Virus record (IMG/VR): IMGVR_UViG_3300029288_000163
Span: 6,787-70,786 of that record
From: a virus
Taxonomy: Duplodnaviria; Caudoviricetes
Strand: one strand, 5' to 3'
DNA length: 64,000 bases
Below the pieces are notes generated by a model. It was not told the DNA's origin. It saw only the letters and a list, made by a program, of their open reading frames with translations, and made no database searches. Positions within the stretch are counted from its first letter, which is position 1, and each line of letters opens with the position of its first letter. The translations under genes were made by a program, and so were the position numbers. This document shows positions 25,456 to 33,496 of the stretch, in pieces.

Positions 25456-26301
25456 TTACTTCGTTGGCCTTAATAATCGGGGTACGTAGGAACACCATTT
25501 TTCTCCAAATTCCCCGAAAAACGACGCCCACACCGATGCGGCATGTTCGTCCACGCCGTGCTTCTTGAACCACTTCTCAGCAAGATCAGCGCGGACACGT
25601 TTTTGGACGGAATCGCAAAGTAACTTTCCGTAGGGACCAAAAAATGAGACCCAGACAGCCCTGGCTTTATCGTCAATTGATATTTTCGTAAGGCCGCTCT
25701 TCTTGAAACCTTCAAAAAGCGTTGCGAGTTTTACTGCCGGTTCCCCGTAAACCTTAACTACAGATGCTGTGCGGCCTTCACGGATTCCATCAAGCATAGT
25801 CTTCACATGTTTCATATCAACTGAAGCGGTAACGTCCATCACATCTTTTGTCATGATGAATGGAAGATCTAGGTACTTGCTTGCGAGACGAACTTTAATA
25901 CCTTGAGCAATTGCAGCACGGATGGAACGAATTGGTTCTTCACCAAAAGCCGTCTTCAACTCGTCCCAAGATTTAATAACTGGTGCATCTGGTGCAGAGC
26001 AGGCATTAAACCGCTGTACAATCGATTTTGGTATCTCAGAATTAAGTGAAGCGTTATCTACCAGAGAGGCCCCGAACAAGCCCCATAGCGCATCTGAAGT
26101 TTCTTTATCTGCGGTTTTGGTATTCATTGTTGCCTCTTTTTTGAACGAGGTTTTAGTCTCTAGTTTTTCCTCGTCCCAATTCTCTCGCTCCGCTTTAGCG
26201 CGGTTGATCTTAAGTTTGCCTTCAGTGTCGAGTTCGGCGTTCCAAAGATGATGAGCTTCCTTGGCTCGCTTCTCACGCAAAAATTCTTTTACAGTTGCCA
26301 T
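25456..26301 (-). CDS. Hypothetical protein with two D..A..W..FFG.(Y/F)G repeats
   Basis: C-terminal tandem repeat. Confidence 0.6.
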   Translation of the reverse strand: MATVKEFLREKRAKEAHHLWNAELDTEGKLKINRAKAERENWDEEKLETKTSFKKEATMNTKTADKETSDALWGLFGASLVDNASLNSEIPKSIVQRFNACSAPDAPVIKSWDELKTAFGEEPIRSIRAAIAQGIKVRLASKYLDLPFIMTKDVMDVTASVDMKHVKTMLDGIREGRTASVVKVYGEPAVKLATLFEGFKKSGLTKISIDDKARAVWVSFFGPYGKLLCDSVQKRVRADLAEKWFKKHGVDEHAASVWASFFGEFGEKWCSYVPRLLRPTK

Positions 26302-26312
26302 TGCATTACCTC

Positions 26313-26687
26313 TCAGTAATAGGAACCCTGACCATAAGGATTACTCGGTGAGACGGTGAAATTGGGATGCGTAATATCATAATTCTTTCCCAAAGTCAAG
26401 TCCTGTTGTTTTTTCTGTCGCTCCTCGCGCTTGTCTTTAATCCACACTTCTAAAAGTTTAGAAATAGTGAGTAAGCGCCAATCAAAGCTGGCGAGCGCGA
26501 CAACATTTAATCCCTTAAGAGCACCATCAATTAGGCTTTCCCAAAAACTATTTTCCATCGGATTTGTATCGGCTGTTTTACTTAGAAGAGCTTCTTTACG
26601 AAGGGCAAGGATTTCACGCACAACGGGGTCATCCTTCTCATACTGAGAAAGATAGTCAAATAAAAGTTCGTCTGTCTGTTTGTCCAT
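26313..26687 (-). CDS. Hypothetical protein
   Basis: ORF preceded by CCCTA-N12-TAATAT (26702-26724). Confidence 0.6.
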   Translation of the reverse strand: MDKQTDELLFDYLSQYEKDDPVVREILALRKEALLSKTADTNPMENSFWESLIDGALKGLNVVALASFDWRLLTISKLLEVWIKDKREERQKKQQDLTLGKNYDITHPNFTVSPSNPYGQGSYY

Positions 26688-26727
26688 TAAGCCTCATTAG
26701 CATATTAAATCATTATAATTAGGGATT

Positions 26728-27303
26728 TTAAAGACAACCCCCGAAATATATTGGTTTAATCGACCTGAAAAATATCGGCTGCGGTGCAAGACTAAATACA
26801 GAATCGGAAATCTGCACAACCTTTGGGGCACCACGAAATATCTGAGAAACAACACTAATCGGAGCATTGGTCATAATGTAGTTCTTTTCAAGGGCATTAA
26901 CACAAGCACAATACCTTTGACTTCTAATTTTGCGAAGTGCGTAGTCGCTGCGCGAGTAGGAACTCCTCTCGACGTTCAAAAGATAGCAGCGGGTGGAACT
27001 CTTACAAATATATTGTCTTCTAAACTCTTGAAATGATTGAGAAAAATACTTCCTAACCCATGAATATAAACTTACGAAGGAAATTCCAAGATATGCTGAC
27101 ATTCCGTCCGCTGTACGAAAAATCCTGGCGTCAAGAATCGCTTCCTTAATCGGCATCTTCAAATCGGCTTGTACCTGCAACACCGCAAGACTATGCTCCT
27201 TCTTGCACTGGTCGCAAAATACATACTCTTTATATCTAGGTTTAACGGCACACGTAACAAGTGCAGAGCAGTAAGGGGTCTTGCATTTTACCTGATACTT
27301 CAC
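26728..27303 (-). CDS. Zinc-finger/HTH DNA-binding protein
   Basis: C..C pairs; MSAYLGISFVSLYSWV HTH-like segment. Confidence 0.5.
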   Translation of the reverse strand: MKYQVKCKTPYCSALVTCAVKPRYKEYVFCDQCKKEHSLAVLQVQADLKMPIKEAILDARIFRTADGMSAYLGISFVSLYSWVRKYFSQSFQEFRRQYICKSSTRCYLLNVERSSYSRSDYALRKIRSQRYCACVNALEKNYIMTNAPISVVSQIFRGAPKVVQISDSVFSLAPQPIFFRSIKPIYFGGCL

Positions 27304-27305
27304 AA

Positions 27306-27791
27306 CTATTCGACCTCAAAGAACTTACCAATGTAACCTTTAATATCCAGTAACGGAGCCGGTATCACTAATTGTCCGTTCTCCTTCAGGGAAATTCTTT
27401 CGACATAGTTATGTAAATTCTTCTTGATGGAGATTATTCTTTGCGAATCGAGGACTTCGCCCAAATGCGCGGCCATATTTTTGGCATCTTCCAAACCACT
27501 AGCCCCTTCCTTAACCACCAGCTTTTTCATACCCGCTGGTGGACCATTAACCGGGTCCACCTCATCCGGCTTAACCCCGAAATGGCAATTACCTGACCAC
27601 GTATGCAAATCAGCTACAGCCATTGTTTGCTCAAATTCCTCGCTCGTCATAGAAACTTCTGGTAGCCCAAATGCTGGGACTTCACCGGGACACCTGTTCG
27701 TCTTCCTCACAAAATCATGGCACCACTCAGACCATTTTCTTTTCTTATTAGACATTGGCAACTTCCTCCGTCTTTGGAACATCCTTCTCAA
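27306..27791 (-). CDS. Hypothetical protein (start may be MSNKK)
   Basis: ORF. Confidence 0.55.
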   Translation of the reverse strand: MRRMFQRRRKLPMSNKKRKWSEWCHDFVRKTNRCPGEVPAFGLPEVSMTSEEFEQTMAVADLHTWSGNCHFGVKPDEVDPVNGPPAGMKKLVVKEGASGLEDAKNMAAHLGEVLDSQRIISIKKNLHNYVERISLKENGQLVIPAPLLDIKGYIGKFFEVE

Positions 27792-29004
27792 CCCAATTCA
27801 CACGGGACAACATATCACTATACAGTTCGTCATCCGTGCCCTTACCAATCTTATAAAACGCCTTGTACCACTTCATGGCAATCACTCGGTAAATATCACG
27901 ATATACTTCGCCCATAAACATTTGGCGCATTTGATCTTCGTCGTGAGCACCAATCACGCTCATGGCCCGGTCCTTATCCCCCTTGAACTGGGTAATATGA
28001 TTACCCACAAGTCTCTGAACCGACAGCTCTAACCACCTGTCCGGTAATGGCGAAATTACCGAATTCTGGAGAATAGTATTGATAATTGCGTCGGCAGCGG
28101 AGCCTTTCCGACACCCTTGGACATAGTTTCGATACTCAGTTTCGAAATCAGCTTTCAAAATATCTAATGAATCCTTACCTTCCTCCTTGGCAATAGAATC
28201 GTCCACCTCTCTATAAATGATTTCCTTAGCCTTGAAAATCTTGACTGTGGCATGGACTGGATGACCCTTTACGTCAGGATCGATTCCATTCATATTGAAA
28301 TCAGTTTCGAAAAGATCACCAATGTTACGCTTCTCGAATGACTTACGGAAATCGGGGAACAAAGTCCGTAATTCCAGCCACTTTCCGCGAATGGTGCCTG
28401 CCTCATAGGGTTGGCCATCACATGAAGCTATGACATCAAGGAGGAGTTCGTGATTATCCTGAACTAATCCTTCCGTAAGTTCGACCTCACTAACCTTCTT
28501 GTACTTATGCTTTAGCTCCACCTGCTTGCTTCTCCACGCCTTTTCAAAATCTTCCTGGATGGGTGATGTGGCCTGGAAGACTAAGGCCTCTGGATGGTCT
28601 ACAGCGAGCGTAGGATAGTAGTAAACTTGACCGATGATTTGGGCTTCTTTGCCTTCTTCGTAATCATAGAAATCCAACGCATCCAGATGTAGTATTTCCT
28701 TACCTGTTTCCTTGACTTGATCAATGAGGAAAGCGGCTAATGCTTCCTGGTACAGCTTTCCCGGTTTGATATTGGATTCCAGCATTTTCCTAGCTTTATC
28801 TGGATTGATTTTACCGCCTTTGGATTTCTTTACGTTGGGCTTATAATGATTAATCAAGGCAGCACTACGCTTTTCCCAGTATTCGTCAAAGATTTTCTTC
28901 AAGTCTGCGTAAGGGACTTTGAAATCGATTCTGTAAGGAATTGCCAAAGCTTCTTCATGGAAAGTGTAGATTGTCTTTGCTTCGGTTGTTGTTAGTTCTT
29001 CCAT
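27748..29004 (-). CDS. Trigger factor-like chaperone (divergent)
   Basis: 418 aa; FKBP-like segment LFPDF ... GD ... KG.PVHATVKI followed by VDDSIAK ... SLD.LK. Confidence 0.6.
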   Translation of the reverse strand: MEELTTTEAKTIYTFHEEALAIPYRIDFKVPYADLKKIFDEYWEKRSAALINHYKPNVKKSKGGKINPDKARKMLESNIKPGKLYQEALAAFLIDQVKETGKEILHLDALDFYDYEEGKEAQIIGQVYYYPTLAVDHPEALVFQATSPIQEDFEKAWRSKQVELKHKYKKVSEVELTEGLVQDNHELLLDVIASCDGQPYEAGTIRGKWLELRTLFPDFRKSFEKRNIGDLFETDFNMNGIDPDVKGHPVHATVKIFKAKEIIYREVDDSIAKEEGKDSLDILKADFETEYRNYVQGCRKGSAADAIINTILQNSVISPLPDRWLELSVQRLVGNHITQFKGDKDRAMSVIGAHDEDQMRQMFMGEVYRDIYRVIAMKWYKAFYKIGKGTDDELYSDMLSRVNWVEKDVPKTEEVANV

Positions 29005-29005
29005 C

Positions 29006-29641
29006 TTAATTTCCTTTCATTGCCATATACAAACAATCCGGGTCATAAACATAATATGCGTTTCTATAATACGTTTTACCTACATCCCTCTTGGCTTTTA
29101 CTTGTTGCACAGTTAAAAATCTGAGGACATTTTCATAACCAGCAACCCAAATGGAGATGCTGTCCTTGTGCCCCTCAACTTGCATATCTTGCCCAAAAAC
29201 AAGTGGAACCAAAGATAGCGCCCGTTCTTTTGCGAACTGGGACGTTTGCATATTAGGGGAAACAACTACAATATCCTTACCTTCTGCACCATGATCGTAA
29301 CCATAAGACTCTTCAAAGATTTGCGATTTAACCAAGCGCAGAGCATGATAAACAGTAGCCAAGGATTTTCCAGTTCCTAGATTAAACAGCATATCTGTTA
29401 CAGCATTCAAACGCTGTAAATCAAGACCACACACGTTATCTGTTCTGTCTTCGCTCTTTATGCTTGTGTGTTCTGAAATAGCTTTACACAGCGCAGCAGC
29501 TTCAACTGTAAACACACTGTCAAGATCAACACGAATATCCACTAAACCAGGATAGCCCCAATGATCTCTTACCTCGAACACGGTAATTGGATCGTAGGAC
29601 TTCCTGGATACTTCGTAGATAGTTACGTTTGTCTTTCCCAT
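29006..29641 (-). CDS. Hypothetical protein
   Basis: ORF. Confidence 0.55.
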   Translation of the reverse strand: MGKTNVTIYEVSRKSYDPITVFEVRDHWGYPGLVDIRVDLDSVFTVEAAALCKAISEHTSIKSEDRTDNVCGLDLQRLNAVTDMLFNLGTGKSLATVYHALRLVKSQIFEESYGYDHGAEGKDIVVVSPNMQTSQFAKERALSLVPLVFGQDMQVEGHKDSISIWVAGYENVLRFLTVQQVKAKRDVGKTYYRNAYYVYDPDCLYMAMKGN

Positions 29642-29642
29642 T

Positions 29643-30098
29643 TTATTCCTCCAACTTGTATGGTTGAATCACAAACTCTGTCCTTGGCTCTCCATTAAAC
29701 TTCAAATCACCATCCATTATTTTTTCTGCTGTAATTTTTCTCAGCAATTTATCATCCTGTATAGTTTTTGCCACGATTAAGCCGCCTTTTATTTTTACTC
29801 CTTGCAAAGCATCCAGAACAATAGCAGGTAAATTATCCAAATCCGGTTGCCATTGTTTCTTACAGTAATATACGAAATTTATTTCAAACAAGTAATCAAT
29901 CGGGTTAATTCCCCCTTGTTTTTTAAATTGGTCAAATAAGGAGATAGCGATTTCTGTTCTAGTTTTCTTCAATTCTTCGCTATGGTCAACGAATGGGATC
30001 TTTTTACCGCCTTTGACAATTTTATAGCGAATCTTTATGTCGTTTTTTTGGACTAAGGGACGACCGATTATTAGGAATTTGAAAGTCACCGGGCACAC
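29643..30098 (-). CDS. rusA: RusA-family Holliday junction resolvase
   Basis: PDLDNL ... LDALQG ... DDK ... PRTE. Confidence 0.8.
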   Translation of the reverse strand: MCPVTFKFLIIGRPLVQKNDIKIRYKIVKGGKKIPFVDHSEELKKTRTEIAISLFDQFKKQGGINPIDYLFEINFVYYCKKQWQPDLDNLPAIVLDALQGVKIKGGLIVAKTIQDDKLLRKITAEKIMDGDLKFNGEPRTEFVIQPYKLEE

Positions 30099-30343
30099 AT
30101 GGAGTTAATGATTTTAACCACAGCTTCGTCATTAGTGAACCAAAGGTGCTGGACGACGTAATCTCTTTCAATTGCACCAACCTTGTACATTTCACGAACA
30201 GATCGGTTAAGATATGGTCCAGACTTTAAAATAATATCGTCATCAATAATTTCAAACGTAACTTGCTCAATCTTCCTTTGCTTTTTAACCGTTTCCTTAC
30301 CGGCTTTTTCTTTGCGAACCATTGTGTGTTGTTGAGTTGCCAT
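30086..30343 (-). CDS. Hypothetical protein
   Basis: ORF in a packed operon. Confidence 0.55.
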   Translation of the reverse strand: MATQQHTMVRKEKAGKETVKKQRKIEQVTFEIIDDDIILKSGPYLNRSVREMYKVGAIERDYVVQHLWFTNDEAVVKIINSMCAR

Positions 30344-30345
30344 TA

Positions 30346-30588
30346 TTACTCCTTGAACTTATAGCCGAGAGGTTTATCCTTCTCACAATATTGCTCCATC
30401 CAGGTTTTTGCCAGTTGAAGCTGCATTATAACTTCATCCAACCAGTGGGAGCTAAAAGAAGTGTCCTCTAACCAATGTTCTCCTCTACCGGACAATAAAG
30501 TAACAAGAACATGATTATCTCCAGGGTAATCTTTCCTGGCACCTAAACGAATCCCAAGGCACTCTCCCTTAAAATCAAAAGTCATCAT
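30346..30588 (-). CDS. Hypothetical protein
   Basis: ORF in a packed operon. Confidence 0.55.
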   Translation of the reverse strand: MMTFDFKGECLGIRLGARKDYPGDNHVLVTLLSGRGEHWLEDTSFSSHWLDEVIMQLQLAKTWMEQYCEKDKPLGYKFKE

Positions 30589-31136
30589 TACTGTAGCCCC
30601 GCAACCGGATTAGTATTTGGAATAACCAACCCACTATCCTTTGCCTTGCCTCTTGTCAACGCATCCAGATACGTTTGTGCAAAAGTCATGTCCGACTTTG
30701 ATTCCTTGTTCAAAAAATACAGTGTGCCAATTCTAACAGTTAATCGTTCCGGTGTTCCGACATTCATTAGGGGCTTCTGGAAACCACACATCATAGAACC
30801 CTTATCAATGAATTCAAAATATGTTAGCGCATTAAACATCCAAGCAAAGCCATCATCATCCCATTCAGCAAGAGCACCAACATAATGCTTACCTTCTGAA
30901 CCAACAATGACAATCGGAATGTCCATATCTTCGCCAACTCTTACGCGAATGCAATTGTCAAATACTCTTTCATCAGGTTCGCCAGCACCACATTCATCAA
31001 TAGGACAGCCACAATCTGGGCAAAGTCCTTGATCAATCATCTTCTGGGCGCAGTCGTTGCAAATATCTGATGTGCAATCTTCTTCCTTGGGATCTGGAAC
31101 TGCCTTAACTGGGGGCTTCTTTTCCTTCTTTGACAT
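30588..31136 (-). CDS. Hypothetical Cys-rich protein
   Basis: CNDC and CPDCGC. Confidence 0.55.
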   Translation of the reverse strand: MSKKEKKPPVKAVPDPKEEDCTSDICNDCAQKMIDQGLCPDCGCPIDECGAGEPDERVFDNCIRVRVGEDMDIPIVIVGSEGKHYVGALAEWDDDGFAWMFNALTYFEFIDKGSMMCGFQKPLMNVGTPERLTVRIGTLYFLNKESKSDMTFAQTYLDALTRGKAKDSGLVIPNTNPVAGLQ

Positions 31137-31139
31137 GTT

Positions 31140-31391
31140 TTACTTCCCTTCCGGCAAAACAATAAAGCGTTGCGCCGAAAACCAAGAATACAACATATCA
31201 TCCACCAAACCCGGAACAAAACCTGCCTCAACAAAGGCCTTACGAAGCCCCTTCAAAGTCTGTGTTAGCTCCTCCATTGTGATCCCCTTTGCAATCCACC
31301 CTGTAGTAGAATCATAGGATCTCAGAACGGGTGTTTTCTTCGTCTTCTTTGTTGACATCTTTTCCTCCTGTGTGTTTGTTTTCTTGCTCAT
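31140..31391 (-). CDS. Hypothetical protein
   Basis: ORF. Confidence 0.5.
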   Translation of the reverse strand: MSKKTNTQEEKMSTKKTKKTPVLRSYDSTTGWIAKGITMEELTQTLKGLRKAFVEAGFVPGLVDDMLYSWFSAQRFIVLPEGK

Positions 31392-31660
31392 TTGTTGTCC
31401 TTTTCTTTTTCGGGTGTTAGGTTTACCGTAACACGAGTCAACGGTTTTTTCATTTTTGCAGAATATAACAAACTCTGCCCATCTTCAGCATACTTAATAT
31501 CTGTAATCTTGACAAACGGATCTACTAACTTATCATCCCCCAACCCCATAATCCATACTTCACTTTCTGGAATTTTCTCATCAATATAAACAGACATGCC
31601 TAAAAACCCACAAAGAAGTAAATTCAAAGGAGTCACATTGTTCATAACTGCTTTATACAT
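31388..31660 (-). CDS. Hypothetical protein
   Basis: ORF. Confidence 0.5.
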   Translation of the reverse strand: MYKAVMNNVTPLNLLLCGFLGMSVYIDEKIPESEVWIMGLGDDKLVDPFVKITDIKYAEDGQSLLYSAKMKKPLTRVTVNLTPEKEKDNK

Positions 31661-31919
31661 CTTTTCTCTCCCAGCTTTTTAGAAAACCACGCATTGTTTT
31701 TATTGCCGCCCTAGACATTCTACGATAATGATTCTGATCCTGACCCGCAACTTTATCCCAAATGTCCTCTTTAGTGTATTCCCCGTAACCATCATTATCT
31801 TCTACATCCAGTTCAAATATAGCCTTAGCAACAGCCTCAACCATAACCTTTGCGTGCTTTAGGTCAACTGCGGGAAGAGCATTAACAATATCCGCCGCAA
31901 GGATGAAAGGTACGTCCAT
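31653..31919 (-). CDS. Hypothetical protein abutting the IS left end
   Basis: ORF. Confidence 0.5.
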   Translation of the reverse strand: MDVPFILAADIVNALPAVDLKHAKVMVEAVAKAIFELDVEDNDGYGEYTKEDIWDKVAGQDQNHYRRMSRAAIKTMRGFLKSWERKDV

Positions 31920-33172
31920 AAACTTTGAGGCACGGAAACCCTCCCCCCGCTTTATCTGTGGGAGGAAGTGCCCTTTCCTTTCTTCGTCTTTAGGATCCCT
32001 AAAGTTGGAGTGTTATACTCCAAGCTATGATACTCGTAGTTACAACTAAATTGCTTCCTACTCCCGAGCAAGCGAATATGCTCCTTTCCACTATGGAACG
32101 AGTCAATGAAGCTTGCAACTGGCTCGCGGAGAAAGCTTTTAAAGAGAAGACTGCGGATAAATATAGACTTCATCATGCTTTTTACAGAGATCTCCGAGAA
32201 AAGTTTGGCCTTTCTGCTGAGATGGCTGTTCGTACAATTGGGAAAGTTTGTGATACTTATAAACAAAACCGGAAAGTCCAACCTGTTTTTAAGCCTCATG
32301 GATCTATCGCGTATGACCAAAGGATCTTGAGTTTCAAGGCAATGGACAGAGTTTCTATCCGTGTTCTGGAAAAACGGCTTCTTATCCCCTTTGTTGTTGG
32401 AGATTATTTCCGTGCCCGACTTGAAGGTAAGAGGGGACAGTCGGATCTCGTTCTCAAAAAGGGTAAATGGTACCTTTACGTTACTGTCGAAGTCCCAGAA
32501 GAAGCCCAGATAACCCCCAAGGAATGGATGGGCGTTGATCTTGGCATTAGAAATCTTGCTGTTGACTCGGATGGAGCCAAGCACACCGGGGACAAAGTTG
32601 AAGTTGTCCGTCAGAAACAAGCTAGGCTCAAAGCCGATCTTCAGTCCGTAGGAACCAAATCGTCTAAAAAGAAACTCAAAGCCCTCTCTGGGAAAGAGGC
32701 TCGTTTCCGTGCTGACACAAACCATACCATCTCGAAGGTTCTTGTTTCTAAGGCCAAAGACACCGGACGTGGGATCGCTCTTGAAGACCTCAAAGGAATC
32801 AACAACCGGGTAACGGCTAGGAAAGACCAAAGAGCAAGCCGAATGAGTTGGGGTTTTTATCAGCTTCGTACTTTTATTGAATACAAGGCCCGGTTGTCTG
32901 GGGTTCCGGTTGCGATTGTCAATCCGGCCAACACCAGCATAACTTGCCCTGCCTGTGATTGTATCAATAAGAGGAACCGTCGAAGCCAAGCTGAGTTCTG
33001 TTGCAAGTCGTGCGGTTACACCGACCATGCTGATCATGTTGGGGCGGTGAACATCGCTCGCAGGGCCACTGTCAACTGGCCTATTGTTGCGGCTATTGGA
33101 AGAGAAACCGTTCAATCGGATACCCCTTCTAGGTCAGCGACAAACCGGCGCTTTTAAGCGTTGGTAGTTGAC
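31920..33172 (+). mobile_element. Non-autonomous IS1341-type element (tnpB only)
   Basis: Left subterminal hairpin CCTCCC...GGGAGG; right hairpin followed by GGTAGTTGAC; opposite strand to its neighbours. Confidence 0.75.
32027..33157 (+). CDS. tnpB: TnpB RNA-guided nuclease
   Basis: GVDLG, IALEDL, CPAC/CKSC, HADHVGAVNI. Confidence 0.93.
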   Translation: MILVVTTKLLPTPEQANMLLSTMERVNEACNWLAEKAFKEKTADKYRLHHAFYRDLREKFGLSAEMAVRTIGKVCDTYKQNRKVQPVFKPHGSIAYDQRILSFKAMDRVSIRVLEKRLLIPFVVGDYFRARLEGKRGQSDLVLKKGKWYLYVTVEVPEEAQITPKEWMGVDLGIRNLAVDSDGAKHTGDKVEVVRQKQARLKADLQSVGTKSSKKKLKALSGKEARFRADTNHTISKVLVSKAKDTGRGIALEDLKGINNRVTARKDQRASRMSWGFYQLRTFIEYKARLSGVPVAIVNPANTSITCPACDCINKRNRRSQAEFCCKSCGYTDHADHVGAVNIARRATVNWPIVAAIGRETVQSDTPSRSATNRRF

Positions 33173-33211
33173 AAACCTTATCGTATGCCCAACCTGTTCC
33201 TTTTGGCATTA

Positions 33212-33496
33212 CTAATCCTCAATAATAGCTAGTACATCCTCAAAGCACAGAAGAACAATTGCCCTGTCTTCCAGCTTTAGAGACAGATCCTTATAACGAA
33301 CGAACAGCACCTTCTGCCCCACAACAAACGGGCAAGGAATAGCAGACTTTTCGTACATACTTCCTGGACCGCAAGAAATAATAACCCCCGTCTCATAAGC
33401 ATGATCAGCCGTAGGAAGGAACAAACCTCCAGCCGACTTTCCTTCAGGTGCCACTAGCTCCACAACCAAATTGTCATAAACTGGTACGAGTCTCAT
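33212..33496 (-). CDS. groES: GroES-like co-chaperonin
   Basis: MRLVPVYDNLVV ... SAGGLFLP ... GPG ... EDVLAII. Confidence 0.85.
   Translation of the reverse strand: MRLVPVYDNLVVELVAPEGKSAGGLFLPTADHAYETGVIISCGPGSMYEKSAIPCPFVVGQKVLFVRYKDLSLKLEDRAIVLLCFEDVLAIIED

Noticed and set aside
31952-33115. 387-aa minus-strand ORF
   Set aside because: It is the antisense shadow of tnpB.
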